Origin: the human T2T-CHM13v2.0 reference genome, Homo sapiens
Direction: 5' to 3' (one strand)
Length of the DNA stretch: 64,000 nt
NCBI RefSeq assembly: GCF_009914755.1
Contig: NC_060925.1
Made by a program: the position numbers and the translations under genes. Under the pieces are notes generated by a model, which was given only the letters and a program-made list of their open reading frames with translations, was not told where the DNA came from and searched no databases. Below, in pieces: positions 27,411 to 40,659 of the stretch. Numbering within the stretch: position 1 is the first letter of the stretch; each line of letters starts with the position of its first letter.

Positions 27411-27619
27411 ACAGGGTAATTTTAAAAAGCGTGTATTCACTGCAACCTGTGTAAATCCAAAAAGGGTTACAGTTCTTTGGGGACTGTTTTTAAAAAAATC
27501 AGAAGGCTGGAGCTAGAAGCAGCTTTCTCCCATACCTTGAACAAATCTTTGACAATGATGGGCCTAGGTGACCTGATCTCTAAAACGATTATAATAATAA
27601 TTCCTACCACATAGCAGAA

Positions 27620-27850
27620 AATGATAATAATAGCTGCATACTGTTATTGACCACTTCACTCTTCTGAACATTTTACTTCATTATCTTATTTAATCTTCAA
27701 AATGACACCTTGAGATGTGTACCATTTTTTCTATTTTAACACATGGCGAAACCAGAGCTTTCAGAGGGGAAGTAACTTGCTTAGGGCCACAGAGCAGTCA
27801 GTCATAATTCAAATCAGGAGCCTTTGTGTCCAGGGCTGTAACCTAGAGCA
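27620..27850 (-). mobile_element. MIR SINE
   Basis: TATCTTATTTAATCTTCA...AAGTAACTTGCTTAGGGCCACAGAGC. Confidence 0.8.
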
Positions 27851-28117
27851 GGCCTATGAGAGACGGACTCTAGTGAACTGAAGTAGCAGCTAAGCAGAGG
27901 TCATTATTATTTTAAAAGCAGTATCTATTGGTCAGAGAGGACAGTCTTCCTTTTTTTCTATTTTATTACCTTTTAAATATTTACATAGAAAAAAATCTAG
28001 TTTTCAGAATGCTTGACATCAGTGGGTATCTGCAAATTAGAACTGTGGGTACTAAGTTTAAGCCTTGTGCTACCAACAGGAAACATGAAAAAAAGTCTGT
28101 CGTTAAGACTGATGCCC

Positions 28118-28436
<319 letters not shown>

Positions 28437-28646
28437 CTACTTGTTTCTTTCCCACAGAAAAGCATTGTGATGGATCTGTAAATATTATTTATAAATATAA
28501 ATGACAATAAAGTGAAATATTAATTGATATAATTATCAGTGATATAATTTAAATTTTTATAGCTATCATTTGAGTTCCTAATATGTGCCAAGCATATGCT
28601 CAGCATTTGACATATATTATTTCAACATATAATGCATAAGAGACAT

Positions 28647-29139
28647 TGTGTTAGTTATCTATTGCTGTATAACCAATAACCCCAAAATTTAACAGGTTAA
28701 ACCCATAAAAGTTCATTATCTCATATAGTTTCTAAGGGTCAAGAATCCACATGCAACTTGGCTGAGTGGTTCATGAGATTGCCGTCATGCTGTCAGCTGC
28801 ATCTGCAGTCTCTAAAGGCCTGACCAGGGCTGGAAGTTCTGCTTCCAGGCTCACTCAGTGACTTTTGGTAGGAAAATTCCTTGACATATGAGCAAGGAAT
28901 CCATGAGTCTGCTTAAGACATGGCTTTCCCAGTGAGTCGTATGACAGAGGAGGAGAGAGAGAGCCCAAGATGGAAGTCACAGTCTTTTATAACCTAATTT
29001 ACAGAAGTGACATGCCATCACTTCTGCCATATACTATTAGTCATAGAGTTTGACTGTGGTAAATATAGGAGGGACTACACAAGGATGTGAAAGCCAGGAG
29101 GTGGAAACACTAGGGCTATCTTGAAGGCTGGTTACCATA
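28647..29139 (-). mobile_element. MLT1 (MaLR) solo LTR, roughly F-H class, inserted into a minus-strand MIR (28550-29280)
   Basis: TGTGTTAGTTATCTATTGCTG...AGAAGTGACATGCCATCACTTCTGCC...GGCTGGTTACCATA; 5-bp TSD GACAT / GGCAT; MIR resumes on both sides. Confidence 0.85.
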
Positions 29140-30139
29140 GGCATTATTAGCCCCATTTTACTGCTGAGAAATGCATGCTCAGAGAGGTTCCATAAGTTCC
29201 CAAAGTCATCTACCCAGGAAGTGAGCAGGCTGGGATTTGAACACTGATCTGGTGAACTGCACTGCCTGTATGCTTTCCAGAATGAATACCCAATGCAGAG
29301 AGTCCTGGAAGAATGAAGTGCATGCAGCCCTGGCTTTGGGTATTCTAGCATGTTTCTGAGGGTGCCCCCGGATGGCTGTTTGCTCACAGATACCTATCTT
29401 TATATAGTTAGTATGTCCCTGAAGAGCAGGGCATAAACCAAAGATTTGCAAATTCAATTCATTTCAGATTCATGATGGAAGTTCAATATTTAAGGGACTT
29501 CTGCTTATATCTTCCTGTATCACTTGGTGATTTATCATTGGCTTTTAAATAAGCATTCAGGTAGTGGAGTATACCAGTAGTATTGCAATTGTGGGTGAAT
29601 GAAACTACCCTGAAGGGAAGATTTTGTTTTTCTCTTCTAGAGTAAATGTGGAATTCAATCTTATTTAAAAATATTTTGAGATCCAAGAAGGATACTAATA
29701 AACCATGTGAAAGTCTAGTTATGTTTAAGATTCTAGGTGGTTGGTGTATAGATGGTGTTTTCCCAGACCATCCCAAGCCATCCTGGCTTACCACATCCAG
29801 AAAAGGGCATTTTTATAGTTGCCTCCACTGCAAGAGGACCTGACCACTGAGATACATCTTCCTGTCGTGACCTACTTAAGGGAATTTCATTTTAGGGAAA
29901 GAATTCAGGAAGATTATATGGTCTGTAGCTGGCCTATTAAAAATGTAAACATCTATCTGCTTTTTAATGTCCATACCAAGCAAATAATCAAAGTTACACA
30001 TACTTCTGAAGCTCCTTTTCTTTGGAGATCTCGGACTATTTTATAGAAACAGGAAAATGTCACCTTTCTAGTCCTGTTTACCAACTCATTTTTCTTATTA
30101 ATTTGCTAATCTGTCCTGCCTAGGTTAAGGGAATTTGTT

Positions 30140-30560
30140 ATTCATTCTACTCATTTACTCATTTAACACTTATTTCATACCTGTCCTGTGCTACATGTAA
30201 TAGGTATAAAATTCCATACTAGATATGAGGGGAAAAAAGATGAAAAAGACTAATTTCCTGCCCTCAGGGAGCTCATAGTCCAATGGGAGATTCAACAAAG
30301 AGAAAGAAGGTTACAACTCAAGGTAATCTTTGATTTGTCAGGAGTCATGCAGGAAAGAGTAATTTACTCTGGTTAGGGAGTACTGAAAGATTTATCTTGG
30401 GTGATGATGGATCTAGAAGGATGAGGGGGAGTTTGCTAAAAGAAGAAGCAAGGAAGGGAAATGAAAGTTTGGGGTGGTGGTGGAGGAGTTTCAGGTAGAA
30501 GAAATCATTCACAAAGGCATAAAAGTGAGAGACAGCCTGGTCCATTTTGGAACAAGAAAT
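30140..30560 (-). mobile_element. L2 fragment
   Basis: CATTTACTCATTTAAC...CCTGCCCTCAGGGAGCTCATAGTCCAATGGG. Confidence 0.75.
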
Positions 30561-30646
30561 TGGGCCATAATTGATGTTTGTATCTCTACCTTCCAGAGTC
30601 TCAGAAACTAGAATGTTTTTCTAGGACTGTTCCAAATCCAAATGTT

Positions 30647-30685
30647 GTCTACGGCCATACCACGCTGAACACGCCCGTTCTCATC
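30647..30685 (+). pseudogene. 5S rRNA retropseudogene, 5' ~39 nt only, no poly-A tail
   Basis: GTCTACGGCCATACCACGCTGAACACGCCCGTTCTCATC matches human 5S nt 1-39 (as recalled) at 35/39; flanked by ATCCAAATGTT at 30636-30646 and 30683-30693. Confidence 0.92.
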
Positions 30686-31282
30686 CAAATGTTGTATCAT
30701 TTATCCCCCAAAATATAGTGTATGACAAGGAGCTCAAAACTTATTCTCAATGCCATGACTAATAGTGTTTTAAAACTATATTTTTCTGCCTGGTGTTCAT
30801 CATGACCCTTGGGGACATATCTGGGACATGTCACATGGGCTCACCATGAGTCAGGTATGGGAATGTCACATGTCAAACTACTTTTGCTAATCAAATACAC
30901 AAAATGCTGATTCCCTCACTGTTCTTGAGATTTGCAGCAGTCACAAGTTCCAGTTTGCTAAGAAATTCTCCTATGCCTGATTGGTTATATTATTGTTTCC
31001 ATCTCTTTGCATCATTAGGGCCCTGTTGTTACAAGAAACAGCAAAATAAAAGTATTTCTCTTTTCGTTGTGGTAAATTGGAAATACCCTAGAGACTGTCA
31101 AAGAGGGATGTGAAAATATTTCAGAAATATTATTTCATGCCTCCTGACTACAGGATGGTGGCGAGGACTCCTTCGTCTGAGGCACTTAGAGCTGTTGAAG
31201 GTGTGTTGCCTGGAAATGCACCTCATGGGAAGACTTGCAGGTGTGAGCGGTTGCCTAGGAATGTCATTTCAGGATTGGTAAG

Positions 31283-31797
31283 TGTGATGTTAATTTTAGG
31301 TGTCAACTTGACTAGGCTAAGGGAGGCCCAGGTAACTGGTAAAGCATTATTTCTGGGTGTGCCTGTGAAGATTTCCAGAAGAAATTAGCATTTGAATCAG
31401 TAGACTGAGTACAGAATATCTGCCCTCAGATATTCATGCCTCGGGTATGCATCATCCAATCTGCAGAGGGCCCGGTAGAACAGAAAGATGGAAGATGGGT
31501 GAATTTGATGTCACCTTGAGCTAGGACACTTATCTTCTTCTGTCTATGGACATCAAAGATCCTAGTTCTTGGGCCTTTGGACGCTGGGACTTACACCTGT
31601 GCTACCCTAATCCTGGTTCTCAGACCTTTGGACTCAGACTGCATTATACCACTGACTTTCTGGTTCTCTCACTTGGCTTTTGGAGATGGCATATTGTCGG
31701 ATTGCTCAGCCTCCATGATTGTATGACCCAACCCCCATAATGAATTTCTACATATATATATCTTCTTGGTTCTGGTTCACTGGAGAACTCTAATTCA
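31283..31797 (+). mobile_element. MLT2B-type (ERVL) solo LTR
   Basis: TGTGATGTTAATTTTAGGTGTCAACTTGAC...CTGGAGAACTCTAATTCA; TG...CA ends; TSD GTAAG / GCAAG. Confidence 0.92.
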
Positions 31798-32890
31798 GCA
31801 AGTCAAAGGAGGAAAGTATATTCACCTTTAGTTTGTCCCTACTACTTAGTGATTTTATTCACTTCTACTTTAATTCAATAAGCATTCATTAATTCACTTC
31901 TAATGGACCATGAATAGTGCTAGGTGCTGGAAATGCAAAGATTAATGGACTATGATTAAGACACAGTTCATTTCCTTGAATCTCACAATTGAATAGGGGA
32001 AAAGGTACAAGGAACGGTTATACTATGGTGCAAAGATAGATGTGTACGGGGGAGCTGGGCACTTCGCTGCATCTGGGAGGGCAGGGGAGGCTCTGAAGGA
32101 GATGATAACAAATTGGATCTGAAAAGATGAGTTAAGAATCTGTCTGACCCAGAGGTTTCATGGGTCTTTAAGCACATTAAGGAGACTTGAGTGTGGTTTA
32201 TAAGGTATGATTTGTACAAAAAGCACAAATCATATTCCTGTAAACACTTGAAAGTATCACAGTTTCACATCCATGTAGTGAGCTGTAACTATGTTTATTG
32301 TATATTTATTGTCTATTTTACAGATGTGAAAGCCTGAGAAGGCAGATAGATAAATGTTACTTGCCCTAGGTCACCAACCAGTGATTAGCCACTGAGGACT
32401 GAAACCCAGTATTTTTTTTCTTACAGTAAAACCCATGCTTATGGAAGTCCATACTGGACAGCAGTCTTGGGTTTGGCTAAGCTCTGCCACCACTAATGAG
32501 CCCTGTAAACTCGGACAAGTTGCCAACCTTCTCTAAACTTAGGCTTTCTCATCTGCAGAGTGGAGGGAGTAGGACTTGAGGCCCTTCTAGCTATGCAGTC
32601 TGTGATTTCTAGAGACAGAACAGGGAAGGGCAATAGGGGTGACAGGAGAGACCAGAAGCTGCCGTCACAAAGACTAGCTTTATGGCAAGCCTGTTTCCCA
32701 AAAGCACAGGCCCTTCAGTGGCCAGTGAAACTGATGTGTTTGGATTTATCAAGTAGCTTTGCCAAGGACCAGCTGGCAGAAGAAAGCAAAAAGCAGCACG
32801 GCAGATTTAAAGATGAGTTCATTTCTATGGTGTCAGCCGCAGAGGGTGCGGTTTCCCTGTCTCTAGAGTGGTGGACACAGTCTACCACTG

Positions 32891-32936
32891 TGTTTCTTCG
32901 AGGGGAGATTGTGCATGTTTCTTCGAGGGGAGATTG
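32891..32936. repeat. 25-bp-period tandem duplication (TGTTTCTTCGAGGGGAGATTG x2)
   Basis: Identical 21-mers at 32891-32911 and 32916-32936. Confidence 0.95.
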
Positions 32937-33544
32937 ACTGTGTGCTTAGGCAGTAAACATCTTCTGGGCACAGTGTCACTGGGAGGATTTTTGTATTGAG
33001 AGGGCAGTGAGGCGTGAAACCTCAGACTCCTGTGGTACTTCCTGCTACCCAGTGATGTCAGAGGCTTGCTGCTCACAGTCCCCAGCTTAGGGCCCTGTTT
33101 CTCCAGCTCTCTGCTTACATCATGTGGGAGAGGAGCAGCAGCCATGAGAAAACCTAGCTCCTGGAAGTGCAGAGATAGAGACTGGGATAAAAGAGGGGGG
33201 TAAAAAAAGAATTCATTAAATTTGGCCTTGAAGATGGTTATTTACTTGTTTGCTGTGCTTGCTAATATGCCATATGAATAGAAAAGAGGCTGATTTTTGA
33301 TGACACCATTTCAAGAGTATCCTTCATGATGTCCAGGTTAAAAGGTTTTTGTGGGTTTCTTAATTTTGTTGTTTACTGACTGGGCGTGGACATATGGACT
33401 CTTATTTTTTTTCTGGTTGCCTTTGCTACATTTACAGGCTTCCGTGTTTCTAAGAAACGAAGCAGCCGTCTTTTCATCAATTAATGGTATCAAAAGTATC
33501 GGTAATCTCTGGATGGTGCTATACAAAGTGGGTCAAGAGATATA

Positions 33545-34160
33545 CAGTGGTCCCCCCTTATCTGTGTCCTGGGAATATGTTCCAGGATTCTTGGTAGATG
33601 CCTAAACTGCAGATAGTACCAAATTCTATATATACTAAACATGAATTTCTTTTTCCTTTTTTACAATTTCATGCATAGAAGATTCATTTTTACTGTAGAT
33701 CTTAGTGACCTCAGCATACGATTTTTTTCTTTCCTCATTAAGTCAAGATCTTTTTCACCTTTTCACTTCAATCTTTTACCTTATCACTTTATAGTTTATT
33801 GGCAAATCCAAATGCCAGCATCACTACTCTTGTGCTTTTGGACTCTTAGTAAGTAAAATTAAGGTTACTTGAACATAAGTGCGTGATATTGTGGCAGTCG
33901 ATCTGATCACCAAGACAGCTACTAAGTGACTCATGGGCAGGTAGCATAGAAAGTGGGAATATGCTGGACAAAGGGGTGACTCACATTCTGGGCAGGATGG
34001 AGCAGGATGGCCCAAGATTTCATTATGCTACTGAGAATGGTGTATAATTTAAAACTTACGAATTATTTCTGCAATTTTCCATTCCATATTTTCAGACCAT
34101 GGTACCTTGGGTAACTAAAACCATGGAAACCAAAACTACAGATAAGGGGGGAGACCACTA
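33545..34160 (-). mobile_element. MER44 (Tigger7-derived, C/D-like) internally deleted DNA transposon
   Basis: TIRs CAGTGGTCCCCCCTTATC / GATAAGGGGGGAGACCACT with TA flanks; minus strand keeps a degenerate transposase N-terminus (KHKSSDAG...SYAEVTKIYSKNESSMHEIVKKEKEI). Confidence 0.88.
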
Positions 34161-37100
34161 TATTCTAAAAGTTTATAAGAGAAAGCAATTTGATGGTGAT
34201 ATCAAATGCCATTGCATTGATCTCTGCAAAAACCCTTCCCATTCATTAATGCATTCCTACATACATAGACATATAGCCTCCCATCATCTTCACACACCAC
34301 AGACACCTTACATTTGTGCACTTGATTTTTGTGAAGCTGATGTTTATACTGATCATGTTCAGGATGGGGCTCCTGTAGCACAGGGGAGGTTTTTGGGACA
34401 GGTGGGTAAGAGAAATATAAGGAAGGAAGAGCAAAAAGGACTTGATTCTTTATTGTTTATACACCAAAACCACTGCCTTATGCATAATCCCTCCTTCTGG
34501 GCACTGGGTAGTGAGTTGGCAAAGTGAGAAAGACGAAACTGGTAGTTACAAATATTCTACAAATTGTTAGAATAAACACTGGTTTTCATTTGAGTTGGCC
34601 ATTAGGTTGGAATCTGCTTGGCCAAAAGGTCAAAACCCTTTCTTTGGCAAGAGTGATGCATCTTAAGTGTACTTTATTTTGCCAAGTAGACTAAAGACCT
34701 TCAAATCTTTGACAGAGGTGTGGGAAATCCTACAGCACATGTTTTCTCTCAGTCTAGAAAAACTCCTGGACGTGGATTACAGGAGCTTTTAGATCTTAGA
34801 ATGCTCTTTATAAAACATATTTGGATGACACATGACATGGAGAAAGTTATGGCATGCTTGTGTTTTATGTAAGTATGTGATTTGATCAGGGCTTAGAAAA
34901 GTTTATCAAGCTTTTTAGATATAATTTTGTAATCTCTCAAGATAGAGATGGCATTTAATGGCGGGATAGTTGGCCAATAAAGGTCACTGGACAATTTAAC
35001 AGAATGTTGCATTCTTGTAATATATTCTTGTTCTTCTTTGAACACAGGACTATTACTCAGATTTAGAAATACTAGTTATCTGCATTTTTCTTCATTGTCT
35101 CTGTTAGACAGTGGGATATAGTATTGTCTTTAGTTTGGCTACACTGCTGGGCTTGAAACTGTGGGTAAAGGCTAACACTCACTTAAGAAAATAAACCATG
35201 TATCTTGGTTTCATGAAGAAGATGGTTAGACCTGAGAAAGAGGATGATCTCTGTTGACCAAGGTGGAATTTGAAGTGGAGGTAGTGTGAAGTCAGGGTGA
35301 GGTTTTGGCATGTTTAGTCTCCCAGACAGAAAAGATGAAGGCCAAGAATTGATATTCACACATCTCGATTAGGTACCTGGCATATCATTAGCCTTTCTTG
35401 AAGTCATTGATTCACAGACTGGGCTGATAGTGAATTTTGAGGTGCTCTGTCAATCTCTTCTCCCTGTCATTTTCCCATGAAGGAACCAAGTCTCAGAGTT
35501 GAGATCATTAACCGTGAACATTTACCAGCTGTTAAATAGATATGTTCTTTGATAACTGTTGAAAAATTTTACAATTTTTTCTTTTCGTCTTGATTCTAGG
35601 TGCCCTATGATTTTCTTTCTATTTTGTCTTGCCTTTTTTATTTGATTTGATACTGAGTGTTTTGTGCTCAGAAAATAATACCCAGTGGTGTCTTGGAGTT
35701 GGCATCTGTGACATTAGAACTATGACCCCTCTAAGTTCTGGATACCCTCTGTTCAGTAAAAGGGCTCACAGGTCGCTAGATGGACTTGGAGGTCCTGATA
35801 TCCAGCCTCCTCTAAGATGAACGCTTCCACCTACAGTGCCCTAGATGAGTGGCTAACCCCTGCTTGAGTCTTTCATTCACAATGTGCTTCCTCCTTAACC
35901 AAAAAAGCCACTCCCATCATTACATATTAGATTTCATATCATATCATATTTATTCAATGACTTCTATCAGATTGTTAAAAAATAAGGATATTTTGTTAAA
36001 AAATAATATAAATATACCCTTTCTGAAGTTGTTTTGATAGCTCCTTTGATAGCAGGTGGAATTTTTAAACAATGTCTTTGGTGCCTGGATTGTCAGGATT
36101 TTGCTTGGATTCTGGTGGCATTTCTGAAAATGTGACTAATGACCCCTCCAGTGTTCTAGAATCTGTGTTCAGTAACTTGAACTCCATGCCATCTGAAGCC
36201 TTCTCCAAAGTATGTGCTGGGTCCCTCCTTTACTCTGAAAGATTTCCATAACACTTGGTAGACACTAAAGAATGCTTCCTCCACCTTCTCCTTCATTATA
36301 AACTGACTTGTTGGACTTAACAGTTCCTTTCTCATCTAATCAAGGAGCTGGATTCTGTTTCTCAATAATGTAATCACAGTAAGATGGCGATATTGGCGAA
36401 GCACCGGAAATGACTGGCAGGACACTGGGGAAAAACTGACTAGTCTACAGTTTCCTTAGAAGACAGCCTGAAATTGCTTATAAGCAGAGGGGAGCAGGTC
36501 ACTGAAAATGTAGACTCGTGTGTGAACACATCTAACCCTTGATTTGGGGGGCATTGGGGGGCTGCTTTCTGGAAAGCCCCTTATGTATGCCTTGCACACC
36601 CACATCTCACCTTGGAGCCTTATTTCAGATGCAGAATAAAAAGACCAGAGTTCGAGTTCTGACTCTCTATTAATTATTAGCTGTTGAGCTTGGGTAAATC
36701 CCTTAATCTCTTTGAGGTTAATAATAACTACCCCAGAGAGCTATTAAATGTGTCAAATGAAGTAATAGGTATGGGAATGCTTTGTAAACTCTACAAGGTC
36801 ATAAAAAGTCAAGCTGTTGTTATTAACAGTATTTTCTGTAAAATTTTCCTGGCTATTCCAGCTCTCAGGATTTTGCATTTCTCTTATTCACTATTGGTAC
36901 TGCCCTTTGGCCCTTTCACGTATTCATCTGTGATGCTGGTCAGCCCTTCCCCTGGATAGAAATTTTCTCTCTAGCAAGTTTATGGCTTTCATATTTTTAA
37001 TTTTGTACTATTTTTAAAAATGTAACCTTCGACAAAATAAAAGGATATGCATAACATACATAAATTTTAAAGCATAAGACTGTTTTAGTCAACATTTATT

Positions 37101-37533
37101 GAGAACCTATGAAATGCTTGACATTGTACCAGGTCCTGGGGATACCCAGACGAATAAGACAACCCTTGCCATGAGACATCTCCCTATCTGAGAGTGGGCA
37201 CAGATGGCAGTGTTCATATTCAATAAACAGGAAAAAGGGAAGAGAGGCTTTTCCACTTAGTGAAATCGAGGCTATGTTCTGAAAGTGTTTACTGTTTTCC
37301 ACATAAAGTTTCCTTGTTTCTCGGTTCCTTCTTTCTTTTTCCTAAAATGTAAGCTCAATGAGTCTTTAAGCTATGTCTTCCAGAAATATTTTTTGAACAC
37401 CTACTGTGGAGCTAGGTACCCAACAGGACATCAGCAGCAGAAGGGCAGAGATATTTGTCTCTTTTGTTCACTGATATATTCCCAGACAATATCTGCTACA
37501 TAGAAGTGCTTAATAAATATTTATCAAATGAAC

Positions 37534-37952
37534 TGTCACATTTTATTAGTTAATACTAGCTGTCATAACTGATAATCCTTGGTAACTCAAACTCAGCTTA
37601 ATAAAATAAAAGTACATTTCTTGCTCATGTAAAGCCCAACTTGAAGTAGATTGAATGACCCTGCTCCATACAGTCATTCAGGGACCCAGCCTGCAGAGGT
37701 TCTGCCATCTTCAACCTGTGTCTTCTTTAGTTAACTTACTGCCAATCTCCAGCCAGGAGACAGAGGAGAGGGAAGGCGTGGAGGGTTCCAAAAGGGCCTT
37801 TTTGGCCGGAGCTCATTCTGTTGTCTGCTACATTTAGACAACTGGAGGGGTTGGGGCAAGAAATGTAGATCCTTGCTGGTCTCATCCCAGCAATAATTTT
37901 GCATATTGAAAGGAGTGCACAAATCTTTGAACAGCTGGCCATCTCTGCCTTA
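37534..37952 (-). mobile_element. Old MLT1 (I/J class) solo LTR
   Basis: TTCTTGCTCATG...CTCCATACAGTCATTCAGGGACCCAG...GAAATGTAG...GGCCATCTCTGCC. Confidence 0.7.
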
Positions 37953-38289
37953 TGGACAAAATGCCATTTGTTTTCTGTTCACATGTGGGTCTTTCATGAC
38001 CTGTGAGCTCCTTGGGGTCAAAGGCTATATATTATTCAATTCTGTTATCCCTAGTTCCTAGTATAGTACAGCAGGTAAATAGATGTTTTCTGAATTGAAA
38101 GTAAAAAAAATCGTTTTTCTGTTGGATGTCGGGCACCATAATAGATGCTTACATTTTTTTTTTTGGATAAAGGAGGTTTTTTTTTAAAAAAAGGAAAGAA
38201 TAAAAGAAGAAGAAACCATTTGCTATAATAAAGATCTGCAAAGCATGGTACCGGGTTCCAGGATGGTAGGTGTTCAAGAAACACATATT

Positions 38290-38517
38290 GAAAAAAAGGG
38301 AAAGAAAAAGAAGAGAAAGAGAATGAAAGGACAAAGGAGGAGGGAAAGAAAGAAGGAAGGAAGGAAAGAGAGAGAGAAAAAATAAAAAGGAAAGAAGAGA
38401 GGGAAAGTAGAAAGGAGACAGAGGAAAGAAGGGGGTGAAAGAGAAGTTGAACAAGAGGAAGAACAGGGAATGAAGTGAGAGAGGGAGAGAAAAGAGGGAA
38501 GAGAGAGAGAACGAGAA
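38290..38517 (+). repeat. Polypurine (GA-rich) low-complexity tract, ~230 bp
   Basis: Almost only A/G; accounts for the F/L/S-rich minus-strand ORFs. Confidence 0.95.
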
Positions 38518-39872
38518 CACAGGAGGTTCCTGAGAGGTAAGTTGTGTGGCGCCGTACTCACTGCAGAGGGAGTTTTTCCCCCTGCCTAGGAGGTCAGGGA
38601 AGGCTTCCCAGAGAGACCTTGCTCTTTGGCTTCTGCTTTTCTTGGTCCTTCTGGCCTAATTTCTGCAACTTTATGATCTGCCCACCCCAATAGAGGACAA
38701 AAATATCTCCCTGTTGTCTGATGGGGAAATGAAGTTAATAAATCTCCTGGAAAGTTTGTGCTTCTCCATGGAAACAGTACATAAAGTACTCCTGCCACCC
38801 ACCAAGAAGCACCGGGACGGGCAAAGCTCTCCATCACACAGGACCTGCTTCTTCAAGCCTACAGTTTCTCAGGCCAGGTTCTGTGCAGCCCAGACACAGT
38901 TGTTCAGATCTGGGGTGTGGACCAGGTGGTGCCAGAGGCCCTAAGAATACTCTGTTTACTTTGCCTTCCTCATCAGTCTCTTTCATTCCTAACTCACTGA
39001 GTTTCTCCACAAAATCCACATTCAGAAGATTTTCAGTAATTTGACTGACTGTAGCAGCATACACAGCCATGAGTATACTGTGCCCAGATGCCTGCCAGAG
39101 TCTCCCGACCACAAACCCAGCACGTTGATAGTTGTGTCCTTGCCATATACACAGTGGAATCTTTTGCCTTTTCTTTCCTTTTGTGCCTTTAACATTTTCC
39201 CCTTTGTATCTCCTAAATTTGCATACTTTGTAGCAATTCTTCAAAACGATATTAATATGCCCATTTTATAGATGAGGGATCTGAGGCTCAGAAAGTTTCA
39301 GTGTCTTGTTTATGCTGCCTGGCATCAGTCTGAATTGCTCCGAGCCTTAAGCCCAAGCCTCTTTTCAACAGTGCTGCAGCCCTGTCAAAGATGTACTTGT
39401 GAATTCAAAACAGCACTCAGGCATATAGGTTACATTGGCACCAGGAAACCTAAGCAGTATTTCCATGACCAAATTCTAAGTGAATTCAACACCAAAGGAG
39501 AAAAGGAAATGTTCTTTGCTCTCTGTATAGATTCCTCTTCTGCTTGCTTGGGTTTTACAAAGTTCTTCTAATTTTTATGTGCGATTGGACAATGCAGTTT
39601 TGGTAAAGTTGCTAAAACCATAACTGTTACTCTTGGTTTTAAATATCAAACCAGGTAAAAGGGAGGGAGGAACTTAATGTTACAGAAGGGAAAAATGACT
39701 TAAATATCCGAACAGACACCATATGGGAGGCTTTTTACTCCCCTTTCCTCCTTTAAAAACAGTGTGTTATTTCTCCCTCTAGATTCCAGTTACTATGGAG
39801 GGATTTAGGATTTAGTGAGACTAGTGTTGCTGAATTAGCTTTGTAAGACAAGTCTGTTTACTTTTTATACTA

Positions 39873-40335
<463 letters not shown>

Positions 40336-40659
40336 TTAGAGAGCATGGAATGCTGCCCCCATCCCATGGATTAGGAAATTGAGGTCTGTGTAATTAATAT
40401 GAATAATTATTACCATTTTTCTTACATTAAAATATATTAAAAACCATAGAGAAAAAGACACAGGTGATCTGCAATTCCATGTCTAAAGGAAGCCCCTATT
40501 AATATTTTTATTTACCACTCATCTATTTTCTATTCGTATGCATTATATATTAATTTAACATCTTGCTGTATGTATCTGTTTTGAAATGTAATTTAAAAAA
40601 AATCTAAATATATCATGAACATGCCTCATGTTATGGTTGCATTCTTCATTTATTTAACA

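Noticed and set aside
38051-38561. Hydrophobic F/L/S-rich ORFs resembling membrane proteins
   Set aside because: Artefacts of the polypurine tract
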